Source: Candidatus Nanohaloarchaea archaeon
GTDB taxonomy: Archaea > Nanohalarchaeota > Nanosalinia > Nanosalinales > Nanosalinaceae
Length of the DNA stretch: 18,404 nt
NCBI GenBank assembly: GCA_046539225.1
Contig: JBKHHG010000015.1
Coordinates: 1-18,404, forward strand
Direction: 5' to 3'
Both the position numbers and the translations under genes were made by a program. Shown here one piece after another: positions 1 to 7,327 of the stretch (positions within the stretch are counted from its first letter, which is position 1; every line of letters begins with the position of its first letter). The notes beneath the pieces are model-generated. The model had not been told where the DNA came from and searched no databases. It was given only the letters and a program-made list of their open reading frames with translations.

Positions 1-1064
1 AAGTCTACAAGTTTCACTCAGCGGACGGACTTAACTCCAAAAACAGTTTCAGAGACGAAGAACTTCTCCTATCGGACAAAGTAGACGCCGAGGAAGACAG
101 GATACTTGTGGTACAGTCAAACTACGGTTTTCTCGGCATAGTACTCGGGGAACAGGCAGAGAAAACAGTTATGCAGGACACAAGCGCCAGAGCCTGCGAA
201 TACTCAAGAAAAAACGCAGAGGAAAACAGTCTCGAAAACTACAAAGTTTCAAAAACTGCTTTAGAAGATCTAAAAGGAGAATTCGACAAGATAATTTACG
301 CGCCTGCTGGCTACGAAAACGTAGACGTGGTAAAGAACAGACTGGCGGAAGCAGCATTAAAACTCAGAGACAACGGCGAACTCCACATCGCGGGAAGAAA
401 AAAGACAGGCCTGAAAAGATATCGAGACTTCCTGAAACAGTACGGAGAAATAGAAAAAACAGGGAGAGACGGATCAGTAAAAGCCTACAGATTTACAAAA
501 AACGATACGCCGCTGCCGCCTGAAATCACGAAAAACTTCAAAGCAGAAGTAAACGGAGTGGAAGCCGAGTTCGTTACAGAGGAAGGACTTTTCTCGGCCG
601 GAAAACTCGACGACGGAACCAGGCTGCTACTGGAAAACCTGGAAAACGTTTCGGGGAAAGTTCTGGATCTGGCGTGCGGGTACGGCGCAGTCTCCGCGTT
701 CATTGGTAAAAGCTACAGCTGCGACCTGTTTCTGACAGACGATAATGCCCGAGCAACAAAGTACGCCCGGGAGAACTTGGAGCGGAACAATGTGAAGTTT
801 TCGGAGATCAAGACTGCGGACTGCCTCGACGGATTCAAGAACAAGAAATTCGACTACATAGTCTCCAACCCGCCAACCCACGCAGGGAAAACAGTGACCA
901 GCAAAATCTTTACACAGGCCTACAATTCCTTGAAAAAAGGCGGCGAGTTCTGGATAGTCTACAACCAGAACATGAACTACGAGGAGGAGCTGAATCAAAA
1001 GTTCGGTTCGGTTGAAGAGGTTGAAAGAGAAGGAAACTTCAAAGTTGTCAGGGCTGTGAAGTAA
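1..1064 (+). CDS. Class I SAM-dependent methyltransferase, RsmC/RlmG-like (two-domain); 5' end lies outside the window
   Basis: The frame is open from nt 3 (VYKFHSADGLNSKNSFRDEELLL...), upstream of the ORF-track start at 108. The C-terminal half has GLFSAGKLDDGTRLLLE, the SAM motif VLDLACGYG and NPPTHAG. Confidence 0.85.
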   Translation, partial: VYKFHSADGLNSKNSFRDEELLLSDKVDAEEDRILVVQSNYGFLGIVLGEQAEKTVMQDTSARACEYSRKNAEENSLENYKVSKTALEDLKGEFDKIIYAPAGYENVDVVKNRLAEAALKLRDNGELHIAGRKKTGLKRYRDFLKQYGEIEKTGRDGSVKAYRFTKNDTPLPPEITKNFKAEVNGVEAEFVTEEGLFSAGKLDDGTRLLLENLENVSGKVLDLACGYGAVSAFIGKSYSCDLFLTDDNARATKYARENLERNNVKFSEIKTADCLDGFKNKKFDYIVSNPPTHAGKTVTSKIFTQAYNSLKKGGEFWIVYNQNMNYEEELNQKFGSVEEVEREGNFKVVRAVK

Positions 1065-1074
1065 GTCGAAGGCC

Positions 1075-1081
1075 TTTTTAC
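1075..1081 (+). promoter_or_regulatory. Putative TATA box for a leaderless GNAT transcript
   Basis: TTTTTAC ends about 24 nt before ATG 1105, with no SD. It overlaps the end of AGGCCT (1070-1075). Confidence 0.45.
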
Positions 1082-1104
1082 GCTTCAGACCGAAGTAAAG
1101 GATT

Positions 1105-1641
1105 ATGCCGGGACCAGTATTTATTGAGGGCGACAGGATTAATCTGAGGACTGTTGAAAAGGAAGATGCAGGGTTTATGAGGGATGTAAAAAATCTTCCT
1201 GAGATCCGGAATGGTATGGCGATACGTTTCCCTATAAGCCGGGGTCATGAAGAAGAGTTCTATGAGGGTGTGGTGCTTGATAGAGACGACGAGTCGGTAA
1301 GGTTGATGATCACCAGGGAAGAGGAAACCCTGGGCATGATAGAGCTGTCGCCTGACGACATGTACAGCGGAACCGGCTCGATAGTTATATGGCTGAAACC
1401 TGAGGCACAGGGTAAAGGATACGGCACGGAAGCGGCCTCAGAACTGATAGATCACGCATTCTCGGAGCTGAGGTACCACAGACTGACAGCGAAGGCCCTG
1501 GAATCGAACCCTGCTTCACAGAAGGTATGGGAGAAACTTGGGTTCGCCGAGGAAGGAGTAAGAAGGAAAAGCGTATATACACAGGGAGAGTACCAGGATC
1601 TGAAGCTTTATGGCCTTCTCGAAAACGAGTGGGACAGATAG
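1105..1641 (+). CDS. GNAT family N-acetyltransferase (RimJ/RimL-like)
   Basis: Motifs include GDRINLRTVEKED, the acetyl-CoA loop QGKGYGTEA, NPASQKVWEKLGFAEEG and a C-terminal YGLLENEW. Confidence 0.9.
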   Translation: MPGPVFIEGDRINLRTVEKEDAGFMRDVKNLPEIRNGMAIRFPISRGHEEEFYEGVVLDRDDESVRLMITREEETLGMIELSPDDMYSGTGSIVIWLKPEAQGKGYGTEAASELIDHAFSELRYHRLTAKALESNPASQKVWEKLGFAEEGVRRKSVYTQGEYQDLKLYGLLENEWDR

Positions 1642-1668
1642 AAAAGAATTCCTCAACCTGGAGAATAT

Positions 1669-1947
1669 ATGCCGCGCACCGCTGAAAACCTTCCGAAGCA
1701 TGAACTGATAGGCCTCGAAGTAGAGGTGGCAGAGCATAGCGATGAAAACCTTGAAGGCCTGGAAGGCGCTGTAGTCGATGAGACCCGTAACCTGCTTGTT
1801 ATCGACGGGAAGAAGGTTTCGAAGAAAGACGGCGTATTTATCTTTCAACTCGAGGATTCGCGTGTAGAAATCGATGGCGAGTTGATCAACAAGAGGCCGG
1901 AGGACCGGTTGAAGATGAGGATTCCTGAAAAGTTTGAAGGCCTCTGA
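1669..1947 (+). CDS. rnp1: Ribonuclease P protein component 1 (Rpp29/Pop4)
   Basis: Motifs HELIGLEVEV, GLEGAVVDETRNLLVI and IDGELINKRPEDRLK. Canonical position upstream of rps17. Confidence 0.92.
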   Translation: MPRTAENLPKHELIGLEVEVAEHSDENLEGLEGAVVDETRNLLVIDGKKVSKKDGVFIFQLEDSRVEIDGELINKRPEDRLKMRIPEKFEGL

Positions 1948-1952
1948 AGTTT

Positions 1953-1969
1953 GCCGGAGGTTTTCCGGC
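1953..1969 (+). terminator. Hairpin after rnp1 (possible terminator or processing signal)
   Basis: GCCGGA-GGTTT-TCCGGC forms a perfect 6-bp stem 5 nt after the rnp1 stop. Confidence 0.4.
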
Positions 1970-1985
1970 TCAGGCCTATCCACCC

Positions 1986-1993
1986 TTTTAAAG
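1986..1993 (+). promoter_or_regulatory. Putative TATA box of the spc operon
   Basis: TTTTAAAG. The predicted TSS near 2015 coincides with the start of a structured leader. Confidence 0.6.
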
Positions 1994-2014
1994 TTTACTT
2001 TCTGTCTTGTTGTT

Positions 2015-2130
2015 ACACCGTTACGGTGTGTCGCTGGGACTCGACTGAGTTCGATACTCTCAACGGCCTGGAGGAAAACCGCTTGTCGAAGAGCAGGTTT
2101 TTTCGGGTCAGGGTCTCGATTTAGAGGTGA
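2015..2130 (+). ncRNA. Candidate structured 5' leader (r-protein leader-like) of the spc operon
   Basis: Hand-folded. Hairpin 2015-2029; stem 2036-2042/2111-2117 enclosing hairpin 2047-2059 and a long G-U-rich hairpin 2065-2109; then SD GAGGTGA at 2124-2130. Confidence 0.5.
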
Positions 2131-2135
2131 GAAAA

Positions 2136-2420
2136 TTGGCAGAACAGACTGGATACGACATTGAAACCGATGTACCGCTTAGAGGCAACGAGTTTGTAGG
2201 TACAGTTGTAAGCACAAAGATGCAGAAATCCGCTACAGTTAGATGGGGGTATGCAGAGGACGTTCCCAAGTATGAGAGAAAGGAGCGTAGAAATACTAAG
2301 ATTACGTCGCATGTCCCGGATGAACTGGAAGTAGAGGAAGGCGACAGGGTCAGGGTAGTTGAGACCAGGCCTATCTCCAAAACCAAGTCAACGATGATTG
2401 TAGAAGTAATAGAGGAGTAA
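2136..2420 (+). CDS. rps17: 30S ribosomal protein S17 (uS17)
   Basis: Motifs LRGNEFVGTVVSTKMQKSATV, PKYERKERRNTKITSH and ETRPISKTKS. TTG 2136 is preferred over GTG 2127 because SD GAGGTGA at 2124-2130 lies 5 nt upstream of it. Confidence 0.95.
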   Translation: MAEQTGYDIETDVPLRGNEFVGTVVSTKMQKSATVRWGYAEDVPKYERKERRNTKITSHVPDELEVEEGDRVRVVETRPISKTKSTMIVEVIEE

Positions 2421-2424
2421 AACC

Positions 2425-2826
2425 GTGAAACCGCTTGGAGCAAATATTACAAGGACATTGGATATCGGCGCAGAACTTGTATGCGCTGACAACTCCGGTG
2501 CAAAAGAACTCGAGATAATCGGTGTCAAGTCCAGGAAAGGAAGAAGAAGCCGGAGAGAAACCGCAGGAATCGGTGACAAAGTAAAAGTCAAGATTTTAAG
2601 AGGAGATCAAGAGGTAAAACACCAGATCTTTGATGCGGTCATCGTACGCCAGGCCAAGGAGTTCCAGAGGCCTAACGGCATGAGAGTAGAGTTCGAGGAC
2701 AACGCAGCAGTACTCATAGAAGAAGAGACAGGCCTTCCAAAAGGAAACGTTACCAAAGGCCCGATCGCAAAAGAAGTAGTCGAAAGATACAACCCTATCG
2801 GAAAAATCGCTTCACAGGTAGTATAG
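2425..2826 (+). CDS. rpl14: 50S ribosomal protein L14 (uL14)
   Basis: Motifs CADNSGAKEL, AVIVRQAKEFQRPNGMRVEFEDNAAV and PKG..KGPIAKEV. GTG start with GAGGAG upstream. Confidence 0.97.
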   Translation: MKPLGANITRTLDIGAELVCADNSGAKELEIIGVKSRKGRRSRRETAGIGDKVKVKILRGDQEVKHQIFDAVIVRQAKEFQRPNGMRVEFEDNAAVLIEEETGLPKGNVTKGPIAKEVVERYNPIGKIASQVV

Positions 2827-2828
2827 AA

Positions 2829-2882
2829 ATGAATAAAATCAAAGATTTTAAGGTTAACAGAAACTCGGGTGAGTTTCGATAA
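2829..2882 (+). other. 54-nt mini-ORF cassette 1 (MNKIKDFKVNRNSGEFR*), coupled to rpl24 by TAATG
   Basis: ATG 2829 to TAA 2880-2882 overlaps the rpl24 ATG at 2882. Internal GGTGAG SD. 37/54 nt identical to cassette 2. Confidence 0.65.
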
Positions 2883-3622
2883 TGGTACAACGAACAGAGA
2901 ACTGGAGCAGGGAATGGAACTCAAGCACCAACCCATCCAAGCAGCGAAAGTACAGGAAAAACGCTCCAATGCATGTAAAAGACAAGCTGATCTCCGCCAA
3001 CCTCGACCAGACACTTAGAGAAGAACTCGGCACCAGAAACCTTCCTGTAAGGGTAGGAGACAGGGCCAGAGTAATGAGAGGCGACGACAAAGGAGCAGAG
3101 GGAATCATCTCAAAGATCGACAGGACAGACGAAAAAATCTATATTAACGACCTCGACCGGCAGAAAACAGATGGAACAGTAAAAGAAAAGCCTTTGAGGC
3201 CTTCAAACATCCAGCTACAGGCCTTGAACCTTGAAGATCCTGACAGAATCGAGAAGTACGATGTAGAAGACTTTGGAGGAATCGAGGTAGAGCAGGAGGA
3301 GCTTGAAGAGATCGAGAGCGACGAAGACGAGGAAATGATGGAAGAGCTCCAGCAACAGGCCGAGCAGAGAGAAAAGGCCCAGGAAGAGACAGAAGAACCT
3401 GAAGAGGCCTCGGAAGAAGCAGATGAAGAGGAAGAACCCGAGGAAACAGAAGATGAGGATGAGGCCTCAACCGGACAGGCAGATGAAGTTGTCGAAGGCA
3501 CGATCGATGAAGTGAAGGAAGCGGTTGAAGACGGCGCAGACCCTGAAGAACTGCTTGAGGCAGAGAAAGCCGGTAAAGACAGGAAAACCCTGAAGACATG
3601 GTTGGAGAAACAGGTAGAGTAG
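2882..3622 (+). CDS. rpl24: 50S ribosomal protein L24 (uL24) with a long acidic C-terminal extension and small helical domain
   Basis: N-terminal SKQRKYRKNAPMH, KOW region VRVGDRARVMRGDDKGAEG and LRPSNIQL. About 120 extra Glu/Asp-rich residues follow. Confidence 0.93.
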   Translation: MVQRTENWSREWNSSTNPSKQRKYRKNAPMHVKDKLISANLDQTLREELGTRNLPVRVGDRARVMRGDDKGAEGIISKIDRTDEKIYINDLDRQKTDGTVKEKPLRPSNIQLQALNLEDPDRIEKYDVEDFGGIEVEQEELEEIESDEDEEMMEELQQQAEQREKAQEETEEPEEASEEADEEEEPEETEDEDEASTGQADEVVEGTIDEVKEAVEDGADPEELLEAEKAGKDRKTLKTWLEKQVE

Positions 3623-3623
3623 A

Positions 3624-4274
3624 ATGACACACCAGAAAAGACTTTCAGCACCGAAGCATTACCCGGTGGACCGGAAAGGCCTGACCTATACGACGACCGC
3701 TGAAGGAAGCAGGAGCCCGGAAAACGGCATCACGGCAGTTGTCTTCCTCAGAGAGGTCACAGGCTACGCGGACACCAAGAAAGAAGCAAAGAAAATACTT
3801 AGAAAGGGAAAGCTCCTGAGAAACGGCGACGAGGTAAGAAGCGTCAGAGACACCCTGGGAGTGATGGATGTTGTCGAGCTCCCTGACGCAGATGAGACTT
3901 TCCGGGTTCTTCCAAGGCCGGAGAGCATGGAGTTCATGGAGACAGAAGACGACAGGACCGCGGCGAAGATAACAGGAAAAAGAGTTGAAGGCGACGAATT
4001 CGTCTACAGCTTCCACAGCGGCGAGAACTACAGAACCGAGGAAGAGTACTCCACAGGCACCACATTGATCTTCAACGATGAAGTAGAGGCCGCCGAGCTC
4101 GAGAAAGGAAAAGAGGCGGTCATCCTCGATGGAAAGCACGCGGGTAAGATCGCTGAGATAGAAGAGATTCATGGTAGAGGCATGAGGCCTGACACTGCGA
4201 CAGTCAAAACCGATGAAGAGTTCGAGATCCGGCAGGACAAACTCTTCTCGATTGGAGGCCTTGAGGTGAATTAG
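3624..4274 (+). CDS. rps4e: 30S ribosomal protein S4e (eS4)
   Basis: Motifs HQKRLSAPKHYPV, LREVTGYADTKKEAKKIL and GKHAGKIAEIEEI. Position between rpl24 and rpl5. Confidence 0.95.
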   Translation: MTHQKRLSAPKHYPVDRKGLTYTTTAEGSRSPENGITAVVFLREVTGYADTKKEAKKILRKGKLLRNGDEVRSVRDTLGVMDVVELPDADETFRVLPRPESMEFMETEDDRTAAKITGKRVEGDEFVYSFHSGENYRTEEEYSTGTTLIFNDEVEAAELEKGKEAVILDGKHAGKIAEIEEIHGRGMRPDTATVKTDEEFEIRQDKLFSIGGLEVN

Positions 4275-4784
4275 ATGAACGAGATGAAACAGATACAGAT
4301 AGGGAAAGTGGTTGTCAACGTCGGCATCGGACAGGTAGGAGAAGACGTTGAAAAGGCCAAGAACCTTATAGAAAAAATCACGGGAAAGACCGCGGTAAAG
4401 ACAGAGTCCCGCGAAGCCTCCAAAACCTTTGGAAACCGTGAAGGCCTCAAGATCGGTGCGATGACAACGCTCAGAGGAGAAGAAGCCATGGAGTTCCTCG
4501 AAAAAGTCTTTACAGCGGTAGAAGAAGTCGAGGCCTCACAGTTCGATGATGCCGGCAACTTCGGCTTCGGTATCGGAGAGTACATCGATGTCTCAGGAAT
4601 CGACTACGACGCCGACATCGGTATGATGGGCTTCGAAGTATCTGTAAACCTTGAAAGGCCTGGCTACAGGATAAAAAGAAGAGATTACAGGCCTTCGGAT
4701 ATCGGAGACGAGCATATAGTGAATAGGGAGGATGCCATAGAGTTTGTCGAGCAGGAGTTCGATGTAGAGGTGAAGGACAAGTGA
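4275..4784 (+). CDS. rpl5: 50S ribosomal protein L5 (uL5)
   Basis: Motifs [40 protein letters not shown] and [11 protein letters not shown]. Confidence 0.97.
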   Translation: MNEMKQIQIGKVVVNVGIGQVGEDVEKAKNLIEKITGKTAVKTESREASKTFGNREGLKIGAMTTLRGEEAMEFLEKVFTAVEEVEASQFDDAGNFGFGIGEYIDVSGIDYDADIGMMGFEVSVNLERPGYRIKRRDYRPSDIGDEHIVNREDAIEFVEQEFDVEVKDK

Positions 4785-5005
4785 GTTACGAAAAAGTACT
4801 TGAGCAGATCAGGCACAAGAAAGGCAAGAAGGAGAAGTTCGAGAAGAACAACGCCCCAAAAGGCAGGGATTACGGAAAATCCAAGAAAGAATGCAGAAGA
4901 TGCGGTAGAACAGGTAGAGGAGTAATCTCGAAGTACGACCTGAACTTCTGCCGTCAGTGCTTCAGAGAAGTCGCGGAAGACCTCGGCTTCGAACAGTTAA
5001 AATAG
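4781..5005 (+). CDS. rps14: 30S ribosomal protein S14 (uS14, zinc-binding type)
   Basis: CRRCG...[24 protein letters not shown] overlap with the rpl5 stop and GAGGTGA upstream. Confidence 0.93.
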   Translation: MSYEKVLEQIRHKKGKKEKFEKNNAPKGRDYGKSKKECRRCGRTGRGVISKYDLNFCRQCFREVAEDLGFEQLK

Positions 5006-5014
5006 GTGGTTTAG

Positions 5015-5068
5015 ATGAATAAAATCGTAGATTCAATGGATTTCAGGCTTGAAGGTGAGTTCCGGTAA
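5015..5068 (+). other. 54-nt mini-ORF cassette 2 (MNKIVDSMDFRLEGEFR*), coupled to rps8 by TAATG
   Basis: AGGTGG SD at 5004-5009 precedes ATG 5015. TAA 5066-5068 overlaps the rps8 ATG. Internal GGTGAG. Confidence 0.65.
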
Positions 5069-5454
5069 TGCAACAGGATACACTGAGCGACGCCTTGAGC
5101 TCGATCAACAACGCAGCAAGAAACGAGAAAGAACACGCAGTCATCGAGCCGACAAGCGACCTGATCCAGAACGTGCTTATCCAGCTGCAGCAGAAAGGCT
5201 ATATAGGAGTCTTCGAGCTTGTAGAGGACGGGAAAGGAGGCAAGTTCAAGGTCGAAGTAACGGATATCAACGAATGCCGGCCGGTAAAACCTAACTTCTC
5301 CGTGCAGCGAGACGAGTTCGAGAAATGGGCGAAAAGATACCTGCCCGCAAGAAACTTTGGAGACCTGCTCGTCACCACCTCACACGGCATCATGACCCAT
5401 AGAGAGGCCCGGGAAGAAGGAGTAGGAGGAAAACTCCTGGGATACATCTACTGA
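5068..5454 (+). CDS. rps8: 30S ribosomal protein S8 (uS8)
   Basis: Motifs DTLSDALSSINNA, GYIGVFELVEDGKGGKFKV, RYLPARNFG and TTSHGIMTHREAREEGVGGKLLGYIY. Confidence 0.97.
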   Translation: MQQDTLSDALSSINNAARNEKEHAVIEPTSDLIQNVLIQLQQKGYIGVFELVEDGKGGKFKVEVTDINECRPVKPNFSVQRDEFEKWAKRYLPARNFGDLLVTTSHGIMTHREAREEGVGGKLLGYIY

Positions 5455-5464
5455 GGCGATAAAA

Positions 5465-5995
5465 ATGGAAGAGATCAAGCTACCTGAAGGATTCGAAGCA
5501 GAATACGAGGACGGAGTCCTGAGAGTCAGCGACGGCGACAACGAACTTGAAAAGAAGATGGACAACGCCCTCGTCGAAGTAGAGGTATCCGGAGACAGAG
5601 TAGAGTTCAGGCCTCTGAGAGACAAGAGAGACGTGAAAAGTATTGCAGGAGCCTACAGAGGACACACGGAAAACATGATTCAAGGCCTCAAAGAGGAGTA
5701 CGTCTACAAGATGAAAGGGGTCTACGCCCACTTCCCGATGACCATAAAGAAACAGGGAGAAGAGGTACATATCGAAAACTTTATGGGCGAACGCGAGCCC
5801 AGGAGAGCAGATATAATGGAAGGAGTAAATGTAGAGGTAAACGGCGAAGACCTTGAAATTTCGGGATCCGACAAGGAAAAGGTCAGCCAGACCGCTGCCC
5901 GGATCGAACAGATCTGCGGCAAAGGCAACAGAGACCCGAGAACCTTCCAGGACGGCGTATACATTACAGAGAAAAACGGAGGTGCGGCAGAATGA
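5465..5995 (+). CDS. rpl6: 50S ribosomal protein L6 (uL6)
   Basis: Motifs HTENMIQG, YAHFPM, IENFMGEREPR, KEKVSQTAARIEQ and RDPRTFQDGVYI. Confidence 0.97.
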   Translation: MEEIKLPEGFEAEYEDGVLRVSDGDNELEKKMDNALVEVEVSGDRVEFRPLRDKRDVKSIAGAYRGHTENMIQGLKEEYVYKMKGVYAHFPMTIKKQGEEVHIENFMGEREPRRADIMEGVNVEVNGEDLEISGSDKEKVSQTAARIEQICGKGNRDPRTFQDGVYITEKNGGAAE

Positions 5996-6315
5996 GACAG
6001 AACACACACAAGAACAAGAGAATCAATACTTCATGGAGAAAGCCGCAGGGCAAACACAGCGACCAGAGACTCAAAAAGAAGAACACCCCGGCAATGCCCC
6101 AGGCAGGCCTGAGAACACCGAAAGACGAGAGAGGCCTCCATCCTTCAGGTTACGAAGACGTACTGGTTCACAGGCCTGAAGACTTAGAGGATTTGAACTC
6201 TGAGGAAGAAGCGGCAAGAATCGGGTCAACAGTAGGAGGAAAAAAGAGAGAGATGATACTTGAAAAAGCTGAGGAACTCGATCTAAAAGTACTGAACCCG
6301 GGTGAAGAAGAATGA
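5992..6315 (+). CDS. rpl32e: 50S ribosomal protein L32e (eL32), short form
   Basis: Motifs SWRKPQGKHS, RTPKDERGLHPSGYEDVLVH, RIGSTVGGKKREMI and LKVLNP. ATGA overlap with rpl6. Confidence 0.95.
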   Translation: MRQNTHKNKRINTSWRKPQGKHSDQRLKKKNTPAMPQAGLRTPKDERGLHPSGYEDVLVHRPEDLEDLNSEEEAARIGSTVGGKKREMILEKAEELDLKVLNPGEEE

Positions 6316-6755
6316 GCGACTTGAAGAACCAGAAGAGAATGGCGGCAGAGATCATGGACATAGGAGAGAACCGTGTAAAGATCGATCCTGAGATGCAGGA
6401 AAAAGTCAGCGAAGCCATAACGAGGAAAGACATCAGGAACCTGATCGAGGGCGGAGCAATCACAAAGAAGGATGTCAAAGGCACAAGCAAGGCCCGCGCC
6501 AAGAAAAACAAGAAGCAGAAAGCCAAAGGCCTGCGAAAAGGACAGGGTTCAAGAAGCGGAAGCAAGAACGCAAGAAAAAGCTCCAAAGAGAAATGGATGG
6601 AGAAGATCAGAGCTATAAGAACCCGGTTGAAAGAGATGAAAGAAGAAGGCGAAGTCTCCAGCGACGAGTACAGAAAGCTTTACGACATGAGCAAGGGAGG
6701 CTTTTTCAGAGATGTAAAACACCTTGAAAACCACGTTGAAAACAAACTCGAGTGA
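6312..6755 (+). CDS. rpl19e: 50S ribosomal protein L19e (eL19)
   Basis: Motifs LKNQKRMAAEI, AITRKDIRNLI, GQGSRSGSKNAR, WMEKIRAIR and YRKLYDMSKGGFF. Confidence 0.97.
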   Translation: MSDLKNQKRMAAEIMDIGENRVKIDPEMQEKVSEAITRKDIRNLIEGGAITKKDVKGTSKARAKKNKKQKAKGLRKGQGSRSGSKNARKSSKEKWMEKIRAIRTRLKEMKEEGEVSSDEYRKLYDMSKGGFFRDVKHLENHVENKLE

Positions 6756-6764
6756 TTTTTTGAG

Positions 6765-7274
6765 ATGGCAGACAACACAAACTTCAAAGTACCGCATAGA
6801 AGACGGAGAGAGCAGAAAACAGATTACGAACAGAGACTGAAGCTTCTCAAATCCGACCATCCGAGAGCAGTGGTCAGGACAAGCAACAAACATACCAAGA
6901 TGCACCTATCCTTCTACAAAGAAGAAGGAGACGAAAACAGATGCTTTACATCAACAGAGGAGCTTGAAAACTTCGGCTGGAGCCATAACACAGGCAACCT
7001 TCCATCAGCATATCTTGCAGGATTCCTGATGGGGTCAAAGGCTGAAGAAGACAAGGCAATCCTCGACATAGGCCTACAGGAGAAGAAAAGCGGCGGCCGA
7101 GTATTTGCCGCGGTAAAAGGAATGATAGACGCAGGCCTTGAAATCCCTGCAGGAGAAGAGGCCTTCCCGGAAGAGGAAAGGATTAGCGGCGAACATATAG
7201 AGCAGATACGGGACGTTGAAATATCTGAAGAGCTTGAAGAAGTCAAGGAAGAAATCAGAGGTGAATTTGAATAA
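6765..7274 (+). CDS. rpl18: 50S ribosomal protein L18 (uL18)
   Basis: Motifs RRRREQKTDYEQRLKLL, GNLPSAYLAG, AILDIGL and RVFAAVKGMIDAGLEIP. Confidence 0.96.
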   Translation: MADNTNFKVPHRRRREQKTDYEQRLKLLKSDHPRAVVRTSNKHTKMHLSFYKEEGDENRCFTSTEELENFGWSHNTGNLPSAYLAGFLMGSKAEEDKAILDIGLQEKKSGGRVFAAVKGMIDAGLEIPAGEEAFPEEERISGEHIEQIRDVEISEELEEVKEEIRGEFE

Positions 7275-7327
7275 TGCGAAATTCAAAGAGTTTATGTTTA
7301 CAAAGGATAGGCCGAGGTGATCTCTAA
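7274..7327 (+). other. 54-nt mini-ORF cassette 3 (MRNSKSLCLQRIGRGDL*), TAATG-coupled to both rpl18 and rps5
   Basis: The rpl18 TAA overlaps ATG 7274, and TAA 7325-7327 overlaps the rps5 ATG. Internal GAGGTGA. Nt 7279-7300 match 2835-2856 at 18/22 positions. Confidence 0.6.

Noticed and set aside
1..1064. This methyltransferase as the DNA methylase behind the AGGCCT enrichment
   Set aside because: Its motifs (GLFS...D.GT.LL, NPP.H.G) match RsmC-type RNA/small-substrate methyltransferases, not C5 (PC motif) or amino DNA methyltransferases.
2015..2120. tRNA or 5S rRNA in the rnp1-rps17 gap
   Set aside because: No cloverleaf with proper D and T arms and no 5S conserved motifs, despite a GTTCGA-like hexamer at 2049-2054.
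2026..2124. 32-codon GTG-initiated uORF in the spc leader
   Set aside because: It has no SD, its start is buried in a hairpin, it lacks a TAATG overlap and it does not resemble the 54-nt cassettes. RNA structure explains the region better.
3139..3651. Ser-rich 170-aa minus-strand ORF and the many other antisense ORFs across the operon
   Set aside because: These are shadows of GAA/GAG-rich sense genes. They fully overlap clearly identified r-protein genes and carry no motifs.
5049..5294. Alternative-frame plus-strand ORFs (5049-5294, 5853-6179, 9077-9451)
   Set aside because: They overlap rps8, rpl6/rpl32e and secY out of frame and have no independent signals.
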